NCBI RefSeq assembly: GCF_009914755.1 | Contig: NC_060930.1 | From: the human T2T-CHM13v2.0 reference genome, Homo sapiens | DNA: 64,000 bases | Strand: one strand, 5' to 3' | Notes under the pieces: model-generated | What the model saw: the letters and a program-made list of their open reading frames with translations, nothing else | What the model was told of the DNA's origin: nothing | Database searches by the model: none | Program-made: the position numbers and the translations under genes | Shown here: one piece after another, positions 1 to 13,235 of the stretch | Numbering within the stretch: position 1 is the stretch's first letter | How the letters are laid out: each line of letters opens with the position of its first letter

Positions 1-911
1 ATAGTTACTCTCTCACTCCCTTTGAATTTCTTGGAATAAGTAAAACAATAATGTAAAATGAAAGTTGCTGATTTTTTATACCTCAGATATGAATTGCTGA
101 TAAACATTTTATTTAGGGCACAACCAATTCATATAAATTTAAAAGTAACCATAAGAAATGGATTTTTCAGTTACATCATCTGTAGTTTTTACATTTAACC
201 TATTACAAAATAATAAATCATTGAACCATATTCTTTTCAGTGTCATAATCAATGCCAGACAATCAATTAAAAATTTAGGCATATGTATTAACTAGTATAG
301 ATCAATGTGGCTTGAATACACAAAATACGTCCAAATTCTGTCCAAGGTAAATAATTATGATGCTACATGGTTGTTGTGTATATATTTCACATAAATTTAG
401 AAATTAGTATTTCAAGAGACATTACAAGTCATTATGTTCATTCTACGTCTCAAACATATTATGGGAACAGAAATACCTTTATTTATAAATAGCATGTATC
501 CCAAAAAAATCTATGGGAATTTGAATGGCGGGCATCCAGAAACTTCATGTGGTCGCCAGTGGGAAGTATATTTTTGACAAGCCGCATACACTTAGGGCCA
601 GCCACGGAAGTAGTGCCAAACCAATGATGCTACTGCACTTTTACTTAGCTTATTGTGATTTATTGCAACAGTTAATTCTGGCTTTCTGTTTCAGAATGAT
701 CTAGTCATCTATATTTATAATCATTTTAAATGAATATGTATTTCATGTTTTCAGTTATTCATGATCCCTTAAAAAATATAAATGCCTTACTGCTAGACAC
801 ATAAGAAGATTAGGTTCTATAATAGTAAAAATGCCATCGGAAGATGAGAGAAGAGAAATTCTACCAAAATTAGGTAAAAAGATAAATTTTTAGGACTTCA
901 AAAATAAATGC

Positions 912-1367
912 AAGGTGGAAGCAACAAGCCAAGTGTTCACTGATGAATGACTGGATCTGCAGCAGCCCATCCATACAATGGAATACTGTCCAGCCTTGAA
1001 AAGAGGGAAATTCTGACCCAGCCTATGACACAAATGGACCTTAAAGACTATGCTAAGTGAAATAAGCCAGTCACCAAAGGTCAAATAGGTATGATTGTAT
1101 GATTCCACCTATATAAGGTCCTTGGAGTAGTCAAATGCATAGAGGAAGAAAGTAGGATGGTGACCATGAGAGAATGGGGGGAGGGGGAGGAGAGGGGAAT
1201 TGGTGTCTAATGGGTACTGAGTGTCAGTCTGGGAAGATGGAAAATGTTCTAGAGATGGGTGGTGGTGATGGTTGCCAACAATGTGAATTTACTCAGTGCC
1301 ACTGAACTGTACATTTGAAGTGGTTAAAATGGTAATTTTAGGCTATGTATATTTTACCACAATAAAA
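912..1367 (+). mobile_element. Old L1M (L1MB-like) 3' end
   Basis: CATACAATGGAATAC...GCTAAGTGAAATAAGCCAGTCAC...ATATTTTACCACAATAAAA, typical of L1MB 3' ends. Confidence 0.8.
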
Positions 1368-1379
1368 CAATAATTAGAA

Positions 1380-2195
1380 GATATAAGTGTAAAATGTAAA
1401 ACATGTAAAAGTGTTAAAAGAAAACACAGGAGAAAAATCTTCATGACCTGGAGTTAGGCAAATAATTCTGAGGCCTGATACCAAAAGCATGAGCCATAGA
1501 AATAATTTGATAAATTGTATTTTATTATAATAAACCAATTTTGATCTGCAAGAGGCACTATTAAAAGAATTAAAAGACTAACTGTAGGCTGGAAGAAAAT
1601 ATGTACAAATCATGTACCTACCAAAGAATTTAAATATATAAAAAATGAAAACCTCTGAAGATTCAACAGTAAAAAAAAAAAAAAAAGAAAACAATTTAAA
1701 AATGGATAAAAAGCAGGAGGATAGCTTGAGGACAGGAGTTTGAGACCAGCCTTGGCAAACTAGTGAGACCTATTGCTACAAAAATAATTTTTAAAAAATT
1801 AGCCAGGCATGGTAGCACCTGTAATTCTAGTTACATGGGAGGCTGAGGCAGGAGGATTTCTTGAGCCTAGGAGTTTGAGGCTACAGTGAGCCATGATCAC
1901 TCCAGCCAGGGCAATGGACAGAGCAAGACCTTGTCTCTAACAAACAAAAAACAAACAAAGGATAAAACAGACATTTTGCCAAAGGAGATATATAAATGGC
2001 AAATAAGCCCATGGAAAGACAATCAACATCACTAGTCATTAGTGAAACATAAGTTAAAGTCCTGACCAGGTATCACTACATGCCCATTAGAATGGATAAA
2101 ATAAAGGCCAGATAACACCAGGGCTGGCAAAGATGCAGAGCACTAAAGACTCCAAATGACAAGATTGTATACATAGAAAATCCAAAATCATACAA
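1380..2195 (+). mobile_element. Degraded L1M ORF2 fragments interrupted by an Alu
   Basis: AAAAGAAAACACAGGAGAAAAATCTTCATGACC and ATGGCAAATAAGCCCATGGAAAGA resemble the 3' part of L1 ORF2. Confidence 0.7.
1713..1958 (+). mobile_element. AluJ, 5'-truncated
   Basis: GGAGGATAGCTTGAGG...GAGGCTACAGTGAGCCATGATC, (CAAA) tail, GGATAAAA on both flanks. Confidence 0.85.
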
Positions 2196-2450
2196 AGCAT
2201 TAGAGTGATTCCCTGACAGCCACACGATTCCCACCTCACCTCTGCCAGGCTTAGCTCTCATGTTGACTTTTCAGGGAAATCTCCAACCACCACCTTGTTT
2301 AATAAACATTGTAATGCCTCTCCAATCCATTCTCTCAATCCTAGGTACTTTATCTCCCCTCTACAACCTTAGCATATGAAACTAAAGTCCTATTTACATA
2401 ATTTGTATGTGTCTAGTCAGTTTCTACCAGCTGGAATGTAAACCACATGA

Positions 2451-2801
<351 letters not shown>

Positions 2802-3504
2802 TAGTTCAGGGATGGAAAGCAGAGCCTGTGTGGCATCTAGAAGACGGAACACTCCCAGTACATACTTGCTGAGTGCATGAAGGCAGTCTCAGGTTGTATT
2901 CTCTCCAGCTGTTGGACTATTTTCCCCCCATGAATCAGACTAAAATACCCCACCACTGGTTTGGTCATCCGCTCAGCTAACTAACCTAATTTCCCCTCAT
3001 ACTCTGACTCGTGCTGCCATCTTTCGTCAGTTTACCTGTGTTCTCTACTTAAACCTCACCTTAGATTTTATCCACTCCCTGAAAATTAGCTTTCTTGGTT
3101 TTTCTTCTTTATCTCACCCGCTGAATCTGGTTACTCTGGGATTCGTTTCGTGCCCTTTTTACAGTCTTGTCCCACAGGTCTCATCTAAATCAAGGGCTTT
3201 ACAAACTGTCAAATATAAGCAGAAAATCTGCACACCCAGGTCCTCCGGTTCCCCACCTAGGTTAGAGCTGCCTCATGGTCATCTCCCTGAGCCTGTGCAG
3301 TACCACACCAAGCCCAAAAGTGCCTCATCCGGTCATTTCTGACCAGTCCTCTGGTCTGACTTCCCGACTGTATCCCTTTCTCTGTATCCAAATGATTCTT
3401 CCCATCACCCAGGGCTCAAACGTTGCAATGATCTATGCTTCCTCCTCCATCATACTTCACATCTGCTCAGCTATAAAGAGGGTTGTTCAGGGTCCCTCAG
3501 CAGT

Positions 3505-3685
3505 ACCACGTTTCTCAGTTACATATGTGCTTTAGAATCTACAGGGGACTTTTCAAAGAATGTGGATGATTGGGCTCCATCCCAAATATCCTGATTTAAT
3601 TGGTTTGGGGTTGAGAATAGGCACTGGCGTTTCTTAAAGGTTCTCTGGGTGATGCCAGCATGCAACACAGGATGGAATTCACTGG
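3505..3685. mobile_element. MER5-type hAT-Charlie fossil
   Basis: GTTTCTCA...TAGAATC...GGGCTCCATCCC...CTGATTTAATTGGTTTGGGG...GGTGATG. Confidence 0.6.
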
Positions 3686-3781
3686 TGATGACTATGAGCT
3701 TTGGAGTCATGCATCCCCTTATCCAAATTATTGTGGGCATGACTGTTTGATATGCTGGAGCCTCAGATCCTCAACTATATA

Positions 3782-4128
3782 TAGAGGCTCCTCGACTTAC
3801 AATGGGATTACCTCCCAATAAGCCCATTGTAACTTGAAAATATCATAAGTCAAAAATGCGTTTAATACACCTAACCCACCGAACATCACAGCTTAGCCTA
3901 GCCTACCTTAAATGTGCTCAGAACACTTACTCTGCCTTGAAGTTGGGCAAAACAATCTGACATGAAACAAGTTTTATAATAACGTGTTGATTATCTTATG
4001 CAATTTATTGAATACTGTACAAAAAGTGAAAAACAAGGTTGGATTGGTACTTGAAGTATGGTTTCAACCATTGTGTATCACTTTTGCACCATCATAAAGT
4101 CAAATAATCATATATTGGGGACTGTCTG
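3782..4128 (+). mobile_element. MER47A-like Tigger non-autonomous DNA transposon
   Basis: GCTCCTCGACTTACAATGGG...ACACCTAACC...GCTTAGCCTAGCCTACC...GGGGACTGTCTG. Confidence 0.85.
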
Positions 4129-4419
4129 TGTAGGGATTCTAACATCAGCCTCAAAGGGTTACTATGTAGATTAATAGAGATAAATATTTGAAATTTCTAA
4201 TGATAAACGGTAGGTCCTTGATATATAATAATTCTCTGTCTCTTCAGTTTTCCCATCTGTAAAATGGGAATAAAAGTACTAAGTTCACTGGCTGCATTGA
4301 ATGAAAGTAAAGTTCCCAGTGAGGCACCTGTCCCTAACTATACCGTACCAAGCTAAAGGGACAGATGGAAGACGCTTTACCAGGTTAGACAAAGGTTTCT
4401 TTGTAAACCTTGCTTCTTT

Positions 4420-5170
4420 GTCCATTCTCATTCTCTGCATTTCTGTGGTTCTACTGGTGCATACCCCTATGTTGTTGTACCTTCTTAGCTTCTACTCCAT
4501 TGTCAGATTCACATTACTAATGCAGAGCTCCAACCGTGTCATTATTAAAACTCTTCAATGGCTCTTCACTGACCACCACACTAATCATATGCTCCTCCTG
4601 CTGTCACTGGAATGGAACAAATCAGTCCTTCTAGCCTTGCTTCCAGTAGCCCCACTCTTTCCCCTGCATACCAGATAATGTGGCCCTTCGCTGTTCCACA
4701 CATTGCAGCCCACTTTCATTCCCCTCCTTTCCCCCCACATCCTCAATTCTACCTAACAAATCTCTACCCATTTCGATTCATCCTGTCCTAATGCACTCAA
4801 CATCAACTGGATGCTGTCATGGCTTTCACGGGATCCCTGGGGGATATCATCTGAAGAAGCCCCACAGACCAATTCACACCTCTGTGCCCTCTCTCACCAG
4901 CATAGCTTTGCCCATGCAAGATCCCACCCGCTTTTCAGGACCTAGCTCAGGAGTCACCTTTCTGAAGGAAACTGTCGCTGACTGGCCTCAGTGGGTCTTG
5001 TGCCCACCAAGGTGCTCCCATAACACCCCGGGTTCACGCCTCTCAAAATGCATCTCGGACACACTGTCAAGCTTTGCTTCACTGTCATTTGCTTCTTGAC
5101 AGCAGCAAGGGTGCCTTACTCATCTGTTCTAGGATGCAACTGGCACGCAGGAAGGAATCGATAAACGAAA
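4420..5170 (+). mobile_element. Degraded L2 3' region
   Basis: AAAACTCTTCAATGGCTC and CTAGCTCAGGAGTCACCTTTCTGAAGGAA pyrimidine-rich L2 motifs. Confidence 0.5.
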
Positions 5171-5223
5171 GACAAGGAGAGAAAAGCAGCATTGGAACCT
5201 GTGCTTGCAGTATTCCAGGTGAC

Positions 5224-5482
5224 TTTTTTTTTACAGTCTCTCTCTGTCACGCAGGCTGGAGTGCGGTGGCGCAATCTCGGTTGAAGCAATTCTCCTGTCT
5301 CAGCCTCCTGAGGAGCTGGGATTACAGGCGTGTACCACCACACACAGCTAATTTTTGTATTTTTAGTAGGGATGGGGTTTTGCCATGTTGGCCAGGCTGG
5401 TCTCGAACTCCTGGCCTCAGGTGATCTAACCGCCTCGGCCTCCTAAAGTGCTGGGATTACAGGCGTGAGCCACCACACCCGG
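5224..5482 (-). mobile_element. AluS with a ~25-bp internal deletion in the right arm
   Basis: GCAATCTCGG is joined directly to TTGAAGCAATTCTCC; the rest is a normal Alu. Confidence 0.9.
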
Positions 5483-7544
5483 ACTGACTCATTTATTCTG
5501 TTCTTAAACATTAAAGAAATATTAAACAGCCAGAAAGAGAAATTTTTAATGCTGTTTAACAATAATTAGGAAAGGCAAGAAAACTGTATTTTTAGGAAAA
5601 GCGATATCGAAAAACTTTATAGAATTTTTCATGGTCCAAATTCTGATAGTCACATATTTCTCATAAAGCTTTCAATTTTTCCTGTCTCATTGTCGGTTTT
5701 ATACATGTGTTTGGTAGATTTGAAGCAATGCTAGTTCAGTTTAAAAAATATTGACTTCAACATTATAGCTAATTTCCAAGGGGATATTATACCATCTAGT
5801 TAAAAATAACCCTTGGAAATGTGGTTACTTGTGTTATTTACACATTTTAATGTTAGCAATAAAATGGAAGGTTGGTTACATTTAATGAATCTGTACAGTT
5901 ATAAGAGAAAGACAGAGATTAATTCTGAGTAGGTCGTTGCTGCTATAATCAATAGAGTACATCATAATTGTGCGTTGAGGAAACGCCGGTATGCTAAGGC
6001 AAAAGAACAATAGTCATCAAATGAGTGGTCCCTTGGGAGTTAATGAAGAATCTCTTTCTCCAATAGGAAAGAAATGCTTTCTAAAATTTATAATACCATA
6101 TGGACACCCACACATATGGATGGCTCATAAATGCTCTACATCAAAGTGTTATTTTTACATTTTCGACACAACAAACACACTAAACAGGTGTTTTAAATGT
6201 CACACTTTGAACAGCAGTAATTTAATCAGCATAAAAAATTCTTAGTAGTATCATTGAAATATTAGTGGGATAGAGATGTTTTATTTGGGATATGCTTCAA
6301 CTATATATTCAAAGGCAGTTTTCGATTTTAACAAATTTAATTTTTGTACTCTAAGATCAGACTTTCCAATTCAGTGCTCTAATTCCTGTGCAATTTGACA
6401 GCAGACCAGTCCTCATCCTACACCTCCGTCACTGCCTGCTGCTTTTTTTATCCAGGCAAGGAAGCTTCCTAGGGCTTCAAACATACAATGAATCCAAAAG
6501 GACTCTGTTGGTTACTGGCTCTTAACATTTATAGATTAGAAATTCTCCTTAATAATGCCCTTCTCTGAAAGTCTAAAAATGATCTAAATATTCAAAAACA
6601 AGAAAATGACTATCTCAAAACTCACATTTCATTTTTGGAGTATGTTGCCCTCATTTAATGATATAATAGTTTTAGTGTCTAGAATCATACCTAGCATCTG
6701 GAATTAAGTGTCTGATTCTAACTATGAATATGATTCTTCTCAATAATATAAAAAATTATAATGATAGAATTAGTGAATACTAAGTTTAGTGAGAAGACCA
6801 GAATATGAAATTGTGCATACGGCATTGAAACACTATGTTTTTAGAAGCTTGTGAATTTTTTAAAAAATCCTTAAAAATGACTGTCTGATGGTTGAACTTA
6901 GGGAACATTTATTTTATAATGTCTACTCTAGTGTTTCAATAATTTTCTTTTATGGAATTATAAAACTTTAATGTGAATTTAAACATCCAAAATATTGTAA
7001 ATATTACTACTCTTTCTCTTTGCATTTTACCACTGCCCCAATTACCTTTTTCTTTTCTTTAAGGTTCTGTAGATTTGGTTGATTTCAGAAAAAAAAAAAA
7101 AAAAAGGAGAAACATTATAGAAAATTGGAGGATTCTGTGTATGGGGGGGAGGTATTTCTGGACTTAGTGACATTGCAACAGGAACGTCATTCACTTAACC
7201 GTTCTTTCAACAGATACTTACTATATTTTCAAAATAATTAAACAAGCAACAGTAACAGCTAGTATATAAAGAGCTCCTTCTATGTTCTGCATTTTATGCC
7301 CTAGATTATCTCATATATCATTAGAGCAACTTTGTGAGGAAAATATTAATTTTATTATAAAAGAGAAAATCAAGCCTAGAACGATGCAGCGACGTGCCCC
7401 AGGTTGCCTGTAAGCAGTGGAGCTGGTTTCTAGAGCCCACATGGCTACGAATAATGTTGCCCAATGCAACGAGGGAAGCTGGAAATCCCAGGTGAAGAAA
7501 ACCCAGTCTCTGTCCTCAAGAAAGTGAAGAATCTAAGCAAAACT

Positions 7545-7722
7545 TTGCAGCAACACTTTTAGTGAAGGAAAGGTTACACATCTGTGCTGTACAGCATGAC
7601 AGCCACTAGCCACCTATGACAACTGAGCACTTGAAACGTGAATTTTAAATTGTGTTTAATTTTAATTAATTTCTACTTAACTTTAAAGAGTTAAATATGA
7701 CTAGTGGATAAATGATTGGACA
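7545..7722. mobile_element. MER3 hAT-Charlie fossil
   Basis: ATCTGTGCTGT...AGCCACTAGCCAC...CTGAGCACTTGAAA...TTTAATTTTAATTAATTT. Confidence 0.75.
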
Positions 7723-8871
7723 TCTTAGTTTTAAAGGTTGAGGAAGATATAAAGAGGCATTTATAAAACACTGCAGGAGCTAATATGTTTTAAAAATAAA
7801 ATAGTAATCCAAATACTCTTGGGAAAGGAGATCTCTGCTACAATTGCAATGTATATATGCTGCTTTCTGAGAATAATTTAAAGTTTCTCACTTCAACTGA
7901 AAATACAATTTTAATTACTTTAAATGAAAATAACTGGCATTCAACTTGTTAGATGGCATATATTTTTATTTCTACTCTAACATGAATTTATCAGACTCAA
8001 TTAATTTTATATGATTGTGCATGAGAGCTCTTTTTTCAGAGAAAAAGTAGAAACATTTCTTGCTTTTCTCTCATAACACATACTTTGTAAAGTACCAAAG
8101 TCTGAACAAATAATTCACGTGGAAATTTTGATATTAATTTAACCTCTAGGAGTACAATTCTAACCTTTGTTCTAAGCATACAAATACTACATTTTGAAAG
8201 AAGAATTGTGGGCCAACTGGGTATGTATTTAGTTTGGTTAATAGCAGATCATGAGACTCAATAATCTGAATAAAGAGCAGAGACTGTTAAAAGCCAAACA
8301 CTTCACCTGTTATTTCCCTTTATTTATTGTATTTGATTTGCTGTCTCCATTAAATCTCAAATCCCAAATAACCTCAGAGTTTCCATGTATTAAGCTTTAA
8401 GCATTATATAAGAATTCTATATGTAAAACATCTAAGACAAAGTTTAAGGATGAATAAAATTACCCCAAAACATACAAATTACCAAGATACCTTAAATGTC
8501 TTTGGAATATAGCACAATATAAATAAATATTTTTGTAGAAACGCAAATATATTAGAAAAGTTATTCCTCATAAGCAAAATTATCACTCTTCCTCAACAGT
8601 CAGTGCTTCATGGAGATTTCAGTGAGCTTTCTGGGTGAACTTCTAATTAAATGGCTTCCATGATTAAGTGTAACTCAGCTCAGAAAATTGGTATTTGCAT
8701 ATATTTGACAACCAAAAATGACAAGCATTGGAATAATTCCAATTAAAAAAAAAAACCTACAGAAAAGAGAGGGAAAAATTCCCCATGAAGCTTTGTCAAT
8801 TGTTCAATTCCTTCATCCTTAAAAAAAAAGAACCTAGATAATCTTATGTCATCCTTAAAACAATAGCTATA

Positions 8872-9078
8872 TAGATGGTCCCTGACTTACTATGGTATGC
8901 CTCAGGATGGTTCAGCCTTATGATGGTGTAATGCTTTCAGCACGCTCATTCACTTCCCATGGGGTTACATCCACGTAAACCCGTCCTAAGTTGAAAATAC
9001 CATTTGTGACTTAATGATATTTTCAATTTAGGATGGGTTTACTGGAACATGACACCATCATAAGTCAAGGAGTATCTG
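8872..9078 (-). mobile_element. MER47/Tigger5-like fossil
   Basis: Terminal inverted-repeat-like ends AGATGGTCCCTGACTTAC ... TAAGTCAAGGAGTATCTG. Confidence 0.7.
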
Positions 9079-9403
9079 TTGTATGTTTTTTCTTCTTCTT
9101 CTTCTTCATATCCTCAGTTTTAAGCTAAGAACATAGGCATGGAGTGTGTGCATATCTGTGTGCATGTGTATATGACTGCTCACTGTTCTACAGGCATTTA
9201 AACATCATAAGAATGATTTGATGATCCAGTCTTCTGTTAGAGGTCTAGACATATTCCACTTCTACACTTCTAGAGAACTGTTCTAGGCCATCTGCCAACA
9301 AGCCAAAGCTAGCTGCTCACCACCGGGCTCTGTCCGCAGGAGTCACAGCAAGAAATAAGACATTTTCTTGCTTCTTGAATCTTGAATGTGCCTGCCTGCT
9401 TAA

Positions 9404-9630
9404 CTTCCTTCCTTCTTTTCTTTCTTCCTTCCTTCCCTCCCTCCCTCTTTCCTTCCTTCCTTCCCCCTTTCCTTCTTCCCTTCCCTTCCCTTTCCTTCCT
9501 TCCTTCCTTCTCTCCCTCCCTTTCCTTCCTCCTCCCTTTCCTTCCTTCCTCACCCCTTCCTTCCTTCCTTCCCCACTCCCTCCCTCCCTTCTCCCTCCTA
9601 CCCTCTTTTCCCCTTTCCTTCCTTTCTTCC
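9404..9630. repeat. (CCTT/CCCT)n polypyrimidine tract
   Basis: About 225 bp, almost pure C/T. Confidence 0.95.
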
Positions 9631-10185
9631 ATTTGATTGTAGACATGGAGAAAGGATATTTCTTATTCCCGTTGATCTGAAAGACAAACTAGATAAGAAA
9701 TCTAAAAACCTATCTTTTCAGACACTTAAAAAAATAGGCACAAGGAGAGGGGTCATATCATCTGATCATTTTCATTATGTATCATTGTTTGGGTTGAAAA
9801 ACATGAAAAGCATTCCAAGGACAAAAGACATTACAGGTCTGGTTCCTGCCTTTGATAGTTTTACTGTTAGAATGGAAGAAAGGGAAATACATATAACGAT
9901 GAGAAAGCAGCACGATGGTAATGCAAATGGAGGAAGCATTGTTACTACAGTAAAAATACACACTGATGCATGTATACATTATACATGAATTAATACATAT
10001 AGAAAGGTACATATATGCATTGTATGTCTATGACTGTGTGTATACAGAATGTGTCAGAAGAGAAGTCGTCATATGTGGAAAAGAGGTTTAACTGCTTCAG
10101 AATTCAAGATTTGTCTAAATTTGAATAATAATAAATACATTTAGATTGGCAGAAAGGAGAAATTTAGAAGAACAAAGTTGAGAGG

Positions 10186-10743
10186 AGTGATGGTTAATAC
10201 TGAGTGTTAATTTGATTGGATTGAAGGATGCAAAGTATTTTTCCTGGGTGTTTCTGTGAGGGTGTTGCCAAAGGAGATTAACATTTGAGTCAGTGAGCTG
10301 GGAGAAGCAGACACCCTCAACCTGGGTGGGCACCATCTAATCAGCTGCCAGCACAGCTAGAATAAGGCAGCAGCAGAAGATGGAAAGAGCAGACTGGCTG
10401 AGTCTTCCAGCCTTCATCTTTCTCCCATGCTGGATGCCTTTTGCCCTCAAACATCAGGCTCCTAGTTCTTCAGCTTTTGACTCTTGGACTTAAACCAGTG
10501 GTTTGCCAGGGGCTATTGGGCCTTCAGCCACAGACTGAAGGTTGCACTATCGGCTTTCCTACTTTTGAGGTTTTGGGACTTGGCCTGATCACCACTGGCT
10601 TTTTTGCTCCTCAACTTGCAGAAGGCCTACCGTGGGACTTTATCTTGTGATCATGTGAGTCAATTATCTTTAATAAACTCCCTTTCATATATACAACACC
10701 TATCCTATTAGTTCTGTCCCTCTAGAGAACCCTGACTAATACA
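10186..10743 (+). mobile_element. MLT2A (MLT2A2-like) ERVL solo LTR
   Basis: GTGATGGTTAATACTGAGTG...CTAGAGAACCCTGACTAATACA; TSD AGAGG/TGAGG. Confidence 0.9.
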
Positions 10744-11397
10744 TGAGGTGAGGTAACAACTCAGTTAGCATTATGGTAACAGAGACCAGATATTGAAAGT
10801 GGGAAATCACTTGGGAGAATATTCAAATGTGGGCCTCAAGTAAATGAATTTCACATAACAAGCAGTAATGGAGTCACTACTGACACTTAAAATGGCTTAA
10901 AGTTAGGTTATTAGCAAATAGGTTATTCTAATAGAAACAATGGGGTCAACTGGATGAAATGTGGGCAGGAAGCTGGGTTAGGATGTTGCTATACTGACTC
11001 TGTAACACATAAGGATACATTCCGTATCTTAGCTCTTAATACTCCTCAAAGAACATCTATGACACCTTTCCATCCAGTATTAGAATCCATTTTACGATAC
11101 TTCTGAAACTAGTCCATTCAGACTCTCAAAAAAACCTTCCAATACCTGGGAGCTTATGATTTCTCTAGGAGTCTCATTCCATTTTTCAATAGCACTAATT
11201 CTAAAATTTGTTTTTATTTTGAATATAAATCTGTTCCTTATTAAATTTACTTCCATATGGATCTAAGTTCTTCTGTAAGAAACAACACAGATGAACTCTA
11301 CTCTCTTTTTCACTTGATAGGACTCAAATATCTAAAAACATATACGTATATAAATGTCATGACTATCTCACAGATTCTCCCCAATCTCCACCATATC

Positions 11398-12235
11398 TGT
11401 TCTGGAATAAGGAAAACAAAAACAAAAACAAAAACAAACTGTTTTTGTCCTTGCACTCAGACACTCAACACAGAACACTTCTATGACCAGATGGTGGTGG
11501 GGGGGACTTGCCACATATACCAAGCAGTTCTCCAGTGGACACCAACTGGGTATCCTATAATTCAACTCGATTCTGATTCTACCTACCTGGAAATAGCATC
11601 AGATCCCACAGATTGAGGGCTCAGCCCCACAAGACTAGAGACCTCAATCACAAGTTGGGGCCACCTGTACCTCAGACCGATGGGCTACAAACCAAGGTTC
11701 CCACAATTTCCTCAATGGGTAAGATTAATTTGCTGGAACAGTTCACAGAACTCACAGAACTCATGAAAACACTTATATTTATTGGTTTATTCTAAGGCAT
11801 TATAAAGGATGCTGATGAACACCAGACGAAGAGATGAATAGGGTGAGGTGGGGGGATGCAGCTTCCATGCCCTTGCTGGAGCTGCCACCCTTGCAGCATC
11901 TCTACATGTTCAGTACCCCAGAAGCTCATCAAATCTTGTTGTTCAAGAGTTTATAGGGAGCTTGGTCTCTAGTACCCCCTTCCCAGAGGTCAATGGGTGG
12001 GGCTGAAAGTTCCAGCCCTCTAATCTTCAAATTACTTGGTCTTTCTGGGCCAATCTGGAGGCTCTCTAGGGGGTGCACCCTGAGTAAATGCATTAGCATA
12101 AACATAAGAGTTATCCAAGGGGCTAATTATGAATAACAAAATATACTACTATCACTCCAAAATTTCCAGAGGTTTTTAGGACCTCTATGACAGTAACTGG
12201 GGACAAAGACCAAATATAGTTCCTATTACACCACA
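11398..12235 (-). mobile_element. MER21-family solo LTR
   Basis: The minus strand starts TGTGGTGTAATAGGAACTATATTTGGTCTTTG; internal ACCTGGAAATAGCATCAGATCCCACAG. Confidence 0.8.
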
Positions 12236-12367
12236 GCTCTTCTTCAGACTAGACTCACACATTTTTCAACTGTTCCTTGTACGACCTCACTGTCCATCAC
12301 TCTGGCTCATACTCACTTGTTCACATTTATGCTGCTCTAAAAAGGGTGCTCCAGGTTTGTAACACCG

Positions 12368-12730
12368 TGGTATGGTTTGACTCTGTCCCCACCCAAATCT
12401 CATCTTGAATTGTAGCTCCATAATCCCCACCTGCTGTAGGAGGAACCTGGCGGGAGGTAATTGAATCATGGGGCCGGGTTTTTGCCATGCTGTTCTCGTG
12501 GGAGTGAATAAGTCTCATGAGATCTGATGGTTCTATAAAGGGCAGTTCCCCTGCACACGCTCTCTTGCCTGTCACCATGAAAGATATGTCTTTGCTCCTC
12601 CTTCCCCTTCTGCCATGATTGTGAGGCCTCCCCAGCCATGTGGAACTGTCAGTCCATTAAACTTCTTTTTCTTTATAAATTATCCAGCCTCAGGTATGTC
12701 TTTATTGGCAACGTGAGAACGACGGATACA
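12368..12730 (+). mobile_element. THE1D-like MaLR solo LTR
   Basis: TGGTATGGTTTG...CCCCACCCAAATCTCATCTTGAATTG...ATACA; TSD CACCG/CACGG. Confidence 0.9.
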
Positions 12731-12883
12731 CACGGTGATTCACAGTGGCTTGATCTGAGCAAAATACACTGTAATTCAATATTAGCAATAGATGACAAGC
12801 AACTATGGCCATGGTGAATCTCAGATGCTGAAAAGAGGGGAAGAAAGAGAGCCCCAGCCCTCACCATAAGGCTTAGAAGGGAG

Positions 12884-13235
12884 TGCTATGGTTTGAATGT
12901 GTCCCCTCCAAAAATCAGGTGTTGCCAATGCAGTATTATTAAGAAATGGCTTCTTTAAGATGTGATTAGGCCACGAGGGCTCCTCCCCCATGAATGGGAT
13001 TTAGATACTTATAAAAGAGGCTTTACTCCGCATTAGGCTCTCTTGCCTTTTGCCATGTGAAGACACAGCAAGGAGGTGTCATCGTGCAAGCAGAGAGCAG
13101 CCCTCACCAGACACCAGTGCTGAAGTCTTTATCTTGGACTTCCCGGCCTCCAGAGCTCAGGGTGATAAATTTCTGTTCTTTATAAATGACCCAGTCTGTG
13201 GCATTTTGTTGTAGCAGCACAAACAGACTAAGACA
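12884..13235 (+). mobile_element. MST (MSTD-like) MaLR solo LTR
   Basis: TGCTATGGTTTGAATGTGTCCCC...AGACTAAGACA; perfect TSD GGGAG. Confidence 0.9.

Noticed and set aside
9309-9680. ORFs rich in E/G/R/K or P/S/F/L
   Set aside because: Translations of the (CCTT)n simple repeat.
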